DNA of 20,000 nt from an uncultured virus (IMG/VR IMGVR_UViG_3300047564_001460) (Duplodnaviria; Heunggongvirae; Uroviricota; Caudoviricetes), in IMG/VR virus record IMGVR_UViG_3300047564_001460; one strand, 5' to 3'. Below are positions 1 through 8,705 of the stretch, in pieces. The notes beneath the pieces were generated by a model. That model was given only the letters and a program-made list of their open reading frames with translations, was not told where the DNA came from and ran no database searches. Position 1 is the first letter of the stretch. Each line of letters opens with the position of its first letter. The translations under genes were made by a program, and so were the position numbers.

Positions 1-502
1 TTGTACCCCCAGAAGCGACTGGTAATGCTGACCCAAGAGTAATACCACCGGCAAAATAATTAATTTGCTCAACGGCATTCGTACCATCGGTGAAAATGGC
101 TACTTTTTTACCGTCAGGAATAACAACCCCAGTCCCTGCTGCGGTCGTACCGCTAATCGCTGTAGCTACATAGAACGTACACTGATAACCAGTATTGTTC
201 CAAATAACAAAGGTTCTAGCTATGGGAGGCGCATACAACTCAAAGTTTGCAGACAACGTACCCGCGTTTAATTTAAGGCAGTTGTATTTAGCTTGTGTAT
301 ACGTTGGAGACCCAGAAAGACTTGGGTCAGAAAAAGTAAGAGCTTGTTTGTTTGCAGTCGGCGTAATGGTCACAGCTACATATGCCAACATGCTGTCAAC
401 CATCCAAGTAATGCCGCTATTCACAGCATTGCCCCATGCACCATCCAACTCACCCTGGGTGGGTAAGGCCAACTTCAAATTGGTTGAGTAAGCTGTAGCC
501 AT
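1..502 (-). CDS. Tail fibre / virion structural protein, N-terminal part (runs off the left edge; absent from the ORF track)
   Basis: ATG at 502 with AGGAG RBS upstream. Manual translation MATAYSTNLKLALPTQGELDGAWGNAVNSGITW...ALPVASGGT is open to the edge. The N-terminus and the LPVxxGGT motif are typical of phage fibre proteins. Confidence 0.8.
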   Translation of the reverse strand, partial: MATAYSTNLKLALPTQGELDGAWGNAVNSGITWMVDSMLAYVAVTITPTANKQALTFSDPSLSGSPTYTQAKYNCLKLNAGTLSANFELYAPPIARTFVIWNNTGYQCTFYVATAISGTTAAGTGVVIPDGKKVAIFTDGTNAVEQINYFAGGITLGSALPVASGGT

Positions 503-511
503 TTAATGCTC

Positions 512-1513
512 CTATTGCGTCACGATAACATCCCACGAGGATGTTTGGCTATTGTTAACATTTTGCCAGTTTGTACTTTGGTAGTCATCAATAAGTTCCC
601 ATAAGTATCTGGGTAAGGCTGTGTCACTCGCTAATGAAGACTCAAGTACTGTAGCTAAAACTGCTGCCCCACCGGAAACCGAATCAGTAGCAGACGCAGC
701 ATCAGCAGCAACAGCAACAAGGTTAGCCAAAGAACTAATGTTGTCTGACCCATTAGCAGATTCAACAATTTCCGCGATGAACAACGGTTGGGATAAGCTG
801 GAGTCGGCAGCATTTGCTGATTCTGTAATGTAAGCCAAAAACAACTTGAAAGAATCGGTAGCATCTGATCCGCTAGCAGATTCCGTAATTGAGGTACTAA
901 GTGAAAGCCCCCCTGAAGATGCATCCGACCCGTTAGCTGCTTCCGAAACCAAAGTAAGTGCGGAAAGTGTCGTACTGCTTGAATCAACACCATTAGCGGT
1001 TTCTGCGATTGACGCAACAAGTGAAAAGCCCCCCGAAGAGAGGTCCGCCCCACTAGCTGTTTCTGCGATAGAAACAGATATTGAAAATGTTGAATTTGTT
1101 GAGTCTGTACCGTTTGCTGCTTCCGAAACTGCTGCGCTAAGTGTGTAGCTAGCACTAGTTGAGTCTGTACCGTTTGCTGCTTCTGAGATTGCTGCGCTAA
1201 GTGTGTAGCTAGCACTAGTTGAGTCTGTACCGTTTGCTGCTTCCGAAACTGCTGCGCTAAGTGTGTAGCTAGCACTAGTTGAGTCTGTACCATTTGCTGC
1301 TTCCGAAATAACAGCACCCACAGATAACAAAGCGTTAACTGCATCAGTCCCATTTGCAGTTTCAGATATAGATACGTCATATACACGCACCCCACTAAAA
1401 CCCCATGTACCTGAACCCCAAGTACCATAACCCCAGCCTTCGGTAACGGGAGGAGACCCGCTCTCGCCTGTCGCACCAAATGGTGCACCGCTAAACGCTG
1501 AGAAGCCGAACAC
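512..1513 (-). CDS. Ser/Ala/Thr-rich virion protein with ~13 degenerate 20-aa repeats (ISEAANGTDSTSASYTLSAA-like)
   Basis: 333-aa ORF with GTG start and a clear 20-aa periodicity. It has an aromatic N-terminus (MFGFSAFSGAPF, GWGYGTWGSGTWG), a Trp-periodic C-terminus, and lies among tail genes. Confidence 0.8.
   Translation of the reverse strand: MFGFSAFSGAPFGATGESGSPPVTEGWGYGTWGSGTWGFSGVRVYDVSISETANGTDAVNALLSVGAVISEAANGTDSTSASYTLSAAVSEAANGTDSTSASYTLSAAISEAANGTDSTSASYTLSAAVSEAANGTDSTNSTFSISVSIAETASGADLSSGGFSLVASIAETANGVDSSSTTLSALTLVSEAANGSDASSGGLSLSTSITESASGSDATDSFKLFLAYITESANAADSSLSQPLFIAEIVESANGSDNISSLANLVAVAADAASATDSVSGGAAVLATVLESSLASDTALPRYLWELIDDYQSTNWQNVNNSQTSSWDVIVTQ
1098..1308. repeat. 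60-bp in-frame tandem repeat, ~3.5 copies
   Basis: Unit gttgagtctgtaccgtttgctgcttccgaaactgctgcgctaagtgtgtagctagcacta starts at 1098, 1158, 1218 and (partial) 1278. Copies 1 and 3 are identical and copy 2 differs at 3 positions. Confidence 0.95.
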
Positions 1514-1522
1514 ATTGTTGCC

Positions 1523-1834
1523 TTATATGAGCTGTGCGGTGGTGAGGTTGATGATTTGATCGGTGGTTAAGACTTCTGGGATTGTAATGGGTATTTCTTC
1601 TGAAGGTGAGGTTTGCCAAGCACTCTCAACCCACATCTTGCCTTCGTGCTGCCAGTTCCACTGCCATCCTGCCCTGTCTGCTGGCTTAGGGTCTCTTACG
1701 ATCCATTCCCAGTTTAGCCATACCAACTCTTTACCATCAGGGATGTCTGTCGGAGGCGAAGGAGCCTGTTGCCAGCCTTCAGTACCGTCTGTTTCAGTGC
1801 TTGGGATAGACCCGTTCTTTGTCCAGTATTGCAT
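1523..1834 (-). CDS. Small Trp/Pro-rich protein, possible tail-fibre assembly chaperone
   Basis: 103 aa with GAGGT RBS, directly downstream of the LamG gene. Its W/P-rich acidic composition resembles fibre assembly proteins; the function is inferred. Confidence 0.6.
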   Translation of the reverse strand: MQYWTKNGSIPSTETDGTEGWQQAPSPPTDIPDGKELVWLNWEWIVRDPKPADRAGWQWNWQHEGKMWVESAWQTSPSEEIPITIPEVLTTDQIINLTTAQLI

Positions 1835-1843
1835 GGTCTACCT

Positions 1844-3922
1844 CTATAGGGTTGGGAAGGCTGCTGTTGGTGTAGTAATTGTTCTTGCGTACCTAGTAAT
1901 ACGAAGATCATTAATGTAGCCAAGGAACGGTAAATCCCCGTTTGTATTTCTTGCCCCCACAACTGGAATGGCTCCAGATGGAGAGTAAATAGAACTAGCA
2001 AACGTATTTTGAGCCACCTGCGATCCTGCAACATAAATTTTTATGTTGTTAGTTCCACTCCCAGACCGAACCACACTAATGTAATTCCAAGCATTCGTAG
2101 TGAGCGTACCTCCATAAAGAACAAGTTGATAAGATACGCCATCACTTGACAATCCAATACCTACACTTGCACTTGAATTTATAGTGAAAATTATGCCATT
2201 AGTCGTAGCGTTTTCTCTTGAATAAATAACTTGAGTTCCAGAGGGTGTGGCTGTTATATAAATCCAAGCCTCAATCGTAAAATCAGATGCTTGGAAATTA
2301 AACATTGGTACGTCCACACCTCTTAAATAATCACCCGTCCCATCAAAGTACATACTCCCGCTTCCCCACTTAGCAGAGATAGCCGTACTTATCTGAGCAT
2401 TCCCCACCGTCTCCAAGTCATTCTTAGACGTAGCGTCATAGATACCGGCGTTGGTGAAGTTGAGGAGGAGGCTGGTGTTGGTGATGGCGGTGAGTGGTGC
2501 GGTGGGTGGAGTGAACTGTGTCCCGTTTGGATATACACAGCTTCCTTTTACTATACGGAAGTTACTAATGTAACCATTCCAATATTGAGCAGCATATTCT
2601 CCGACCCTACCTATTGACAATTGAGTCGAAGAGTCATTAATACTTGCCCCTGCAACATTAGAAGTCCCATCTTGAACCCCGTTGATGTATTGGCGTAATG
2701 TATTTCCATCTCTTACAAAAGCAATATGAACCCACTGGTTAGTAGGCATATCTGCTGTACTTGTACAAGTGTATCCTGTAGTTCCGCTATAAACGCCATT
2801 AAGAACTTTGTTCCCTGAACTATTGCCACCAAAAAATGAAATCGTTGACAGAGATAAAGAACTTGCGAATTGCCCATAAACACGTAAATCAGAACCACCT
2901 AAAAAATAAGTCCAATATTCAATCGTAAAATCACCGCTACCCATCGTAAACGCAGCGTTATCAGCAGTGCTTAACCAATCTGAGTTCCCATCAAAATACC
3001 CTGACCCACCATAGGTCGCAGCAGACCACGATGCAGTGGGGTTGAATGGGGAGAAGGCGACTACGGTTGGGGAGCCTGAAGGCGTAAGGGTAAATGGCGT
3101 GTTGCTTGTATTACCCTGCCCGTTGTCAATAAAACGATTTGACTGACAAGTAAGTAAAGATGTCTGCCCTGTTGTAATCGCGGATATGTTTGTTCCAGCG
3201 GACTGCGTAGCCGCAAGCGGTGAGGTTGGTGGTGTAAATGCCCCTGTGTAAACCGCAACGCCTTTAACAACTCTCGTGTTGCTTAAATAACCAGAAAAAG
3301 CATAACCAGAAAGAACTCCTGTTCCTTTTGCAATATAAGGGCTGTTTTGAGTTATATTTTGCGCTCTTGTACCTGAAGCTATACTTGCACCATCAAGATA
3401 TACGGTTAAAACATTTGAGGAATCTCTAACAACTGCTAAGTGATGCCATTGATTAGGCCAACTTGATGTTAATGAATAAGTTAAATCGTTTGTATAGCCA
3501 TCAATTCTTACAGTCAAAACACCTAAACTTGTAAAAATTCCAAAACTACCAGAGGTATTAACCGACCCTAAGTCATAAAACAATTGGTCAGAAGAATTTG
3601 AGCCAGTTGAATAAAACCAAGTTTCAAAAGTAAATTGCCCCGTTCCAAAAGCAAACGCAGCGTTGCTTGGTGCAGTAAGCCCTGAACTAGAAAAATAATT
3701 CCCCCACCCCGTCTGTGAGAACGGTGAGAACGTACCCTGTGTCGTGTTTCCGTTGCGGGTGATGGTGAAGTTATTGGTAGAACCGTCTAAGAACGTATTG
3801 TTCTGTGCGCCATTCGTACCGTTGCCAGGAAGCAGTAGCGTGGTGTATTCGTAGTAAGGGTCTGCGGTGACTGCGCTACCTGAGAAGATAGACGCAATCA
3901 TTGCTGTTAAGTTACCAGCCAT
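1844..3922 (-). CDS. Tail adhesin / receptor-binding protein with three LamG (concanavalin A-like) domains
   Basis: 692 aa with three repeats of the pattern FT(F/I)ExW..., W(H/V/N)(H/Y)(L/I)xxVR..., Y(L/I/V)xG..., GY(L/I)xxxR..., (F/I)TxPT. Confidence 0.9.
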   Translation of the reverse strand: MAGNLTAMIASIFSGSAVTADPYYEYTTLLLPGNGTNGAQNNTFLDGSTNNFTITRNGNTTQGTFSPFSQTGWGNYFSSSGLTAPSNAAFAFGTGQFTFETWFYSTGSNSSDQLFYDLGSVNTSGSFGIFTSLGVLTVRIDGYTNDLTYSLTSSWPNQWHHLAVVRDSSNVLTVYLDGASIASGTRAQNITQNSPYIAKGTGVLSGYAFSGYLSNTRVVKGVAVYTGAFTPPTSPLAATQSAGTNISAITTGQTSLLTCQSNRFIDNGQGNTSNTPFTLTPSGSPTVVAFSPFNPTASWSAATYGGSGYFDGNSDWLSTADNAAFTMGSGDFTIEYWTYFLGGSDLRVYGQFASSLSLSTISFFGGNSSGNKVLNGVYSGTTGYTCTSTADMPTNQWVHIAFVRDGNTLRQYINGVQDGTSNVAGASINDSSTQLSIGRVGEYAAQYWNGYISNFRIVKGSCVYPNGTQFTPPTAPLTAITNTSLLLNFTNAGIYDATSKNDLETVGNAQISTAISAKWGSGSMYFDGTGDYLRGVDVPMFNFQASDFTIEAWIYITATPSGTQVIYSRENATTNGIIFTINSSASVGIGLSSDGVSYQLVLYGGTLTTNAWNYISVVRSGSGTNNIKIYVAGSQVAQNTFASSIYSPSGAIPVVGARNTNGDLPFLGYINDLRITRYARTITTPTAAFPTL

Positions 3923-3923
3923 A

Positions 3924-4664
3924 TCAGGTCACTCCTGGTCCAGTAACCCACCAAGTATCTGTAGCAACTTTCAACAACGATGCCATACCCTTAGTAGCTA
4001 CAGTACGGTTTCCAGTAGCACCATTAGCTAACTGAAACGTTACACCAGCACCAGAGATCGTTAGTGCACCGCTGTTGTTGTTAAGTACTAGGATTGTAGT
4101 TCCTGTAGGAAATGCTACAGAAGCGTTGGTTGGTACTGTAAGCGTTGCTGTAGAGCCACCAGTAAAGTAAACATGATCACCAGCATCAGCCAGCGCAAGC
4201 GTGTAAGCAGTCGCACCACCAGAAACTTGTGGTGAGCCGATATAGCCCACTGAGCTAATAGGCATTGTGCTGTTCTTAAGCAACTTGCCCGTTGTGCCAT
4301 CGTAGACCGCAAGAACCGAGTCCGTAGAGCTAGCAGGGCCGACCACATCGCCAGCACCCGCTAAAGCCATAAGGCTCCAGTAAGTTGCGTTCGTGGGTAG
4401 ATTGCCGGTGGAGTTAAGTATGCAGATGTAAGATGAATTGTTGTAAGAAACAACGTCGTTCACTACATAAGCAGTTCCCGCGCTATACGCACCAAGCCAT
4501 TTCATACTTGCAGCGTAACCAAGACTATTCCAAGCCGTGGAACCATTACCAACCTTAAACCGCCCTGTGTCCGTTTCAGCGCCGATTTCCCCTGCCATCA
4601 AAGTAGGGTTAGCAGAAGTCCACTGAGCAGCAGTGCCATTACGGGTTTGAATTTGAACGGCCAT
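3924..4664 (-). CDS. Tail fibre protein with an Mtd_N-like N-terminal domain and a CBM5/12-like module
   Basis: IQTRNGTAAQWTSANPTLMAGEIGAETDTGRFKVGNGSTAWNSL matches the major tropism determinant N-terminal pattern. AYSAGTAYVVNDVVSYNNSSY...PTNATYW resembles a chitin-binding-type module, and GDVVGPASSTD is a common fibre motif. Confidence 0.85.
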   Translation of the reverse strand: MAVQIQTRNGTAAQWTSANPTLMAGEIGAETDTGRFKVGNGSTAWNSLGYAASMKWLGAYSAGTAYVVNDVVSYNNSSYICILNSTGNLPTNATYWSLMALAGAGDVVGPASSTDSVLAVYDGTTGKLLKNSTMPISSVGYIGSPQVSGGATAYTLALADAGDHVYFTGGSTATLTVPTNASVAFPTGTTILVLNNNSGALTISGAGVTFQLANGATGNRTVATKGMASLLKVATDTWWVTGPGVT

Positions 4665-5050
4665 TAGGGTGCTCCTCCGTCGATAGCCTGTGCGCCGCCA
4701 TAGTTAGTTGAAGGGACGCCGCCATCTAGGTTTGGTGAATTGGCTAATGCTGCTTCAGCAGGGAGAGTTACAAAAACACTTTTTGTCCCCGCACTAAAGT
4801 TGACTAAGTTACCTGAGTTGCTAGAAGACAGCACCGTGCTTCTTGATAAGGTCGTGCCGCTGGATGTGTAAGTTCCGATCCCAACTTCCCAGTCAGAACC
4901 TGATTGATCAGCTATGGTGTAATAAGTGCTGTTGCCGTTTCCTACCGCAGCGAAGGATTGAAACCCTGTTACAGCACCGGCTAGAGTTACTGTCCCTGTG
5001 CCAGTGCTGACTGTAGTTTCCTGTACACGATCAGCAAGGACGAAAGCCAT
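4664..5050 (-). CDS. Tail-associated structural protein
   Basis: 128 aa, MAFVLADRVQETT.TGTGTVTL...WEVGIGTY, a common phage fibre N-terminal module. It ends in two DGG motifs and has a TAATG overlap with the next gene. Confidence 0.75.
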   Translation of the reverse strand: MAFVLADRVQETTVSTGTGTVTLAGAVTGFQSFAAVGNGNSTYYTIADQSGSDWEVGIGTYTSSGTTLSRSTVLSSSNSGNLVNFSAGTKSVFVTLPAEAALANSPNLDGGVPSTNYGGAQAIDGGAP

Positions 5051-5051
5051 A

Positions 5052-5627
5052 TTACGTTGCAGCTAAAGAAAATTGATAAGTTACTTGGAGTGTGTCACCG
5101 TTAACTACTGCGCGAGAGCCCCCAGTAAAATCATTAGCAGAAAATAAAATATACACCCCAGTAGTACCCCCTTTCGTACTGTCGTTAGACAAGAAAGCTC
5201 CATAAATAGTTGTAGAACCATTTATATTGAATACTGCTTTATTTGCTGAATTAGTTACAACCGCTGGGTTAGTTGCGCTTGGAGCAGCAAACGTAGCAAT
5301 AGGGCGAGTGGCATCACTGTACGTAGTATTTTCTGTCCAAGTACCATGAGAAGTATAAGTATCAGAAGCAGATGGGGTACCAGTATTTTTTAACCCAACA
5401 TACCACGTAGTAATACGTGCTGTAGAGCCATCAAGCGCTGTACCGGCCATATATTGAAGACCAACATTAACCACAAGATTCTTGGATTCAGCGGTCCACT
5501 TGAGCTTGCCGTCTTTGTCGTAGCACTCAAACGTATATTTACCCATAGCATGGGCACCTTCTGACGAAGCGGGACGAGCAATCAACCCTCCAGAAACAAC
5601 ATCCGTAGCTTTACTCTTTTCCATCAT
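5052..5627 (-). CDS. Virion structural protein (beta-rich, tail-associated)
   Basis: 191 aa, T/S/G/A-rich, with motifs KW....NLVVNVG and GDTLQVTY. Its start overlaps the stop of the upstream gene. Confidence 0.75.
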   Translation of the reverse strand: MMEKSKATDVVSGGLIARPASSEGAHAMGKYTFECYDKDGKLKWTAESKNLVVNVGLQYMAGTALDGSTARITTWYVGLKNTGTPSASDTYTSHGTWTENTTYSDATRPIATFAAPSATNPAVVTNSANKAVFNINGSTTIYGAFLSNDSTKGGTTGVYILFSANDFTGGSRAVVNGDTLQVTYQFSLAAT

Positions 5628-6046
5628 GAAATCCTTAAAATGGCGTTACTGCTATTTGCAGTTGGAAACTGTACTTGAAATGTGGACGTAGAAATCTTAT
5701 CAGACCCAAAATCAAGTACGCATACAGTTGGGTTAGTAACCCCATCATATTTGTAAATCAGCGCCCCACGAGCAGTAATCGCTGCACTCCAAGACACATT
5801 AGCAAAAGAGATATAAGCAACGGTGCTGCCCGCGCTAATTGTAGGTGTAGCTGTTACAGTAAGCGTAGCACCACCCGAACTATACCCAGAAGCTGAGACT
5901 TCGTTTTCAGAAGTATAAGCAGCCGTATTCTCCCCAAGAGAAGCTAACGCAGTATACAAAGCAATCTTAAATGTGTCGGTGGAGAAATCATAATCTCCAT
6001 TCATCAACCCAGTCTTAAATGCGTTTGTGGCGGTCTGTGCAATCAT
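5624..6046 (-). CDS. Virion structural protein
   Basis: 140 aa, FK..L..G.YDF.TDTFKIALY...GY..GG..L...ARGALIY...LDFG, a widespread phage structural family. TAATG coupling to the upstream gene. Confidence 0.75.
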   Translation of the reverse strand: MIAQTATNAFKTGLMNGDYDFSTDTFKIALYTALASLGENTAAYTSENEVSASGYSSGGATLTVTATPTISAGSTVAYISFANVSWSAAITARGALIYKYDGVTNPTVCVLDFGSDKISTSTFQVQFPTANSSNAILRIS

Positions 6047-6735
6047 TAAGTCACCGCTTGTCTGTACTGACCACTACGATAAGCATCCTGTCGTTCCATA
6101 CCATCACCAAGACGTTTAGCCAACCCAAGAGCTTCCATATACTTTTGGTTGTATAGCTGCATCATATCGGGCTCACCTTTCATATAGGTGTAAGCCTCAA
6201 CAAGCGAACCATACAAAAGAACTGAGTCAAAATTATCCCCAAGCCAAGACGTATTAGCTGTAACGATGGACTCTGGGTAATAGTAATAATGCAACTCAAC
6301 TGAATAACTAGCGTCGGGTGTAGGCCCAAAAAGAAAAGTCAGTTCGTTAGTAATTGTACTTCCAGAAACTGTTGGCCCAAATAAAGCATAATAACGAGGG
6401 AGCCCTGTATCAGCAGGATTGGGATATGCCTGCCTAATAAAATTAACATCTTTGTTCAATAAGTACTCATACGCACCAGTGGCATCTATAACTGCAAAAG
6501 AGTACACGGCTAAAAAATCATTTGGGCAGTTTAAATACATAGCCCTAAGACCAGCACCTGATCCAGAATACGCTGAGGTAACCCCCGTCACATTTTTACG
6601 AAGTGATGGAAACTGTACGGTGTTATAGATACGCTGCTCAGCCTGCTGAACAAACGTGGGAATCTCAGCAACAAAAGCTGTGCTTGTATTCTCCGTGTAC
6701 GCTTGAATAGCAGAACTGAGATCAGTGTAATTCAT
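6046..6735 (-). CDS. Putative head-tail adaptor / tail tubular-like protein
   Basis: 229 aa, MNY..L...IQ.Y.EN...FVQQAEQRI...G.PRYY...PTPD..Y.VEL.YY...LLYGSLVEA, an adaptor-like pattern. ATGA overlap with the upstream gene. Confidence 0.7.
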   Translation of the reverse strand: MNYTDLSSAIQAYTENTSTAFVAEIPTFVQQAEQRIYNTVQFPSLRKNVTGVTSAYSGSGAGLRAMYLNCPNDFLAVYSFAVIDATGAYEYLLNKDVNFIRQAYPNPADTGLPRYYALFGPTVSGSTITNELTFLFGPTPDASYSVELHYYYYPESIVTANTSWLGDNFDSVLLYGSLVEAYTYMKGEPDMMQLYNQKYMEALGLAKRLGDGMERQDAYRSGQYRQAVT

Positions 6736-6932
6736 GCCATCGGGCCTCTAGCCATCAAACCTTTAGTGGCAGCACCTGTACCGCGAATCTTAATCCCGCT
6801 GGTTTTAGGCGGCTTGTAGTCGTTACTGTGGTTGCTAGCTACAGAAACGTTAGCTTCGCGCATGTACTGCTTATTGTTTGAAAGCCCAGCTTCTTCCATC
6901 GGCTGATACTTAGGTGTTTTGTAAAGCGCCAT
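6732..6932 (-). CDS. Small basic hypothetical protein (66 aa)
   Basis: Start reassigned to the ATG at 6932 (GGAGG RBS at 6938-6942). C-terminus KTSGIKIRGTGAATKGLMARGPMA. Confidence 0.75.
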   Translation of the reverse strand: MALYKTPKYQPMEEAGLSNNKQYMREANVSVASNHSNDYKPPKTSGIKIRGTGAATKGLMARGPMA

Positions 6933-6933
6933 A

Positions 6934-7101
6934 TTAGCCTCCACGACCGGTGTGGCGTTGGTTCATAACCTTTGCCATGTTACGCCCGTACTTGAGCATA
7001 TCAGCATTAGTTTTACCACCAGCGCGAAGTTTAGTCAGGGGCTTGCCAGGGTGCATAGCTTTTTCATGCTTGTGCACGGCTTTCTTTGCATCGTCTTTCA
7101 T
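6934..7101 (-). CDS. Small basic hypothetical protein (55 aa; absent from the ORF track)
   Basis: Manual translation MKDDAKKAVHKHEKAMHPGKPLTKLRAGGKTNADMLKYGRNMAKVMNQRHTGRGG*. It has an AAGGAG RBS and fills the gap between its neighbours. Confidence 0.8.
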   Translation of the reverse strand: MKDDAKKAVHKHEKAMHPGKPLTKLRAGGKTNADMLKYGRNMAKVMNQRHTGRGG

Positions 7102-7111
7102 ATCCGACTCC

Positions 7112-7540
7112 TTATGTCGTCACTACCGTAACTGTACCAATATCGACGTTCAGAACCAAGTAATTTGGCGTAAGTCCGTTGTCATCCGATCGAGCACCGC
7201 CTACTGGACTCCAACCCCACTGAAACACCCTACTACCCGTCTCAGGAAATCCTACTCCATTTACTGTAGTACTAGAAGTCTGAAGAATCTGTAGTCCACT
7301 TTGCCCTGACTGATAGTAGCTTCGATCGGGGCGCGGTTCACGTAACGCCTGTGGATCATCTACTGGATACATACCAAGCTGCAACTGCGGTTGATCAGGA
7401 TCCCAACATTCAGGACAGACCAACAGATTATAGTTCTTGGTCTTTATGATTTCTCGGCGAAGCAATTTCAGTTTAAACCGCTGATCACAGCGATCGCACT
7501 GCGCAATTGCATTTTTACCTGAGGCAAATCGTTGACCCAT
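7112..7540 (-). CDS. Hypothetical protein with a CxxC...CxxC zinc-binding motif
   Basis: 142 aa with CDRC and CPEC motifs followed by DPDQPQL...DPQALREPRP. TAATG coupling to the upstream gene. Confidence 0.8.
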   Translation of the reverse strand: MGQRFASGKNAIAQCDRCDQRFKLKLLRREIIKTKNYNLLVCPECWDPDQPQLQLGMYPVDDPQALREPRPDRSYYQSGQSGLQILQTSSTTVNGVGFPETGSRVFQWGWSPVGGARSDDNGLTPNYLVLNVDIGTVTVVTT

Positions 7541-8472
7541 TAAATAGTGCTCCCGATGAACTGCTGACGGGGTACAAGTCTTAGCGCAGCTTTCTCTCTA
7601 TCTTCAGACGCAGCAAGCTCCCAAGCCTCATCGTATTGCTGCTTCAACATAACTAAACGCTGTGCACCTTCTGGAATCTTCATCGCGATGTAGTACGCCA
7701 ACCCAGCAGCCAAGCATGGGATGAACCTAAACGGCACGTCCATGATGTTGACACCACCGCCAGCGTCTTGAGTACGGCGAAGTCTCCAGTAAGCAAATAC
7801 GTAGGTAGTAGCAGCGTCAGGAGTCGGCCAAACCGTTATTGCTGGGACCTGCGCCCAATAAACAGCCGTTCCAGTCGTGTGTGATGCAGCAGTTGTATCT
7901 TGCTGTGCGCGGAAACAATTAGATAAAGTATTGCCGCTAATGTAGCTGTAGTTAATGATCTCGTTGTCGATCTTTACAAATCCAGAAGCGGGCAAACCCA
8001 CTACAGAATTCAAAGTTATTGACGTTGCCGTGCTATTGATCGCCCCATTTAGAGTCAATCCAGTCGGCGAGTTTTGTGCGTTATATCGCTGTATCCATAC
8101 TTGAATAGGGCGAGCTTGCTGAATTTTGTTGGGGATCGTAGCGTAGGTTGAGACGCTGATGCGGGAAATTGTTAGGTCAGCCTGAGTGGAAGCTAAGTTG
8201 CCCCCTGTGCGAATCACATGCTCAAGCAAATCAATTGTGTCGTTAGGTAGGGGGTAGGTGTTTTGCCCCTGCTGAAGTGTGATGGTTCCAGGCTCAATAC
8301 TCCACATATTGATACCACGGTTAGCCCAATCAGCAAACATAATATTGAGACTGCGCCGAGCTGTGCGCAGGTTGTAACCAGTACGAAGTTCACTCCCAGC
8401 GCGTTCAAACGCCTCTTCGACCAGCTCAGCTAGGTCAAGATTAAAAGTCGTTGCACCAGAGGTAATAGCCAT
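7540..8472 (-). CDS. Putative head-tail adaptor / tail tubular protein A-like, with an inserted beta domain
   Basis: 310 aa with a helical N-terminus (ELVEEAFERAG...ARRSLNIMFADWANRG), WPTPD, and DVPFRFIPCLAAGLAYY...A..EDR, a podoviral adaptor-like pattern. Confidence 0.7.
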   Translation of the reverse strand: MAITSGATTFNLDLAELVEEAFERAGSELRTGYNLRTARRSLNIMFADWANRGINMWSIEPGTITLQQGQNTYPLPNDTIDLLEHVIRTGGNLASTQADLTISRISVSTYATIPNKIQQARPIQVWIQRYNAQNSPTGLTLNGAINSTATSITLNSVVGLPASGFVKIDNEIINYSYISGNTLSNCFRAQQDTTAASHTTGTAVYWAQVPAITVWPTPDAATTYVFAYWRLRRTQDAGGGVNIMDVPFRFIPCLAAGLAYYIAMKIPEGAQRLVMLKQQYDEAWELAASEDREKAALRLVPRQQFIGSTI

Positions 8473-8705
8473 TATCTAAATCCTGAAGTCTTCTTTGCGA
8501 TGGACTTGGGTTGCGCTACGAATTGCTTTCCTTTGGCTTTTCCTGCTCGTTTTGCTCGGGTTGTTGCTGCGTATTCTTGGGGGGAAAGAGCTTTGATCGC
8601 AGCTTCTGGAAGGTATCTTTCACCTGTTTTACTAGACGGTTTACCACTTTTAGTCCTCCATTTCTGGTCACCCCAAGCCTTCAGACTTTGCTGTGGTGCT
8701 TTCAA
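8472..8705 (-). CDS. Basic protein resembling the C-terminal half of DUF5872
   Basis: 77 aa, Q.SLK.W..QKW.TKSG....RYLP..A...LS..E. The TTG start overlaps the upstream TGA and has GGAGG upstream. Family recalled, not searched. Confidence 0.7.
   Translation of the reverse strand: MKAPQQSLKAWGDQKWRTKSGKPSSKTGERYLPEAAIKALSPQEYAATTRAKRAGKAKGKQFVAQPKSIAKKTSGFR

Noticed and set aside
1098..1308. 60-bp repeats as a CRISPR array
   Set aside because: The repeats are contiguous with no unique spacers, are a multiple of 3 and in frame within a protein, and there are no cas genes.
655..1515. 286-aa alternative-frame ORF overlapping the repeat protein
   Set aside because: It stays open largely because of the repeat periodicity and biased codons. 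The Q/L-rich translation is typical of a shadow frame, whereas the 333-aa frame has recognisable motifs and fits the neighbouring genes.
3924..4664. Diversity-generating retroelement suggested by the Mtd_N-like domain
   Set aside because: No reverse transcriptase, no template/variable repeat pair differing at adenines and no C-type lectin C-terminus are seen in the window. Mtd_N is common in ordinary fibres.
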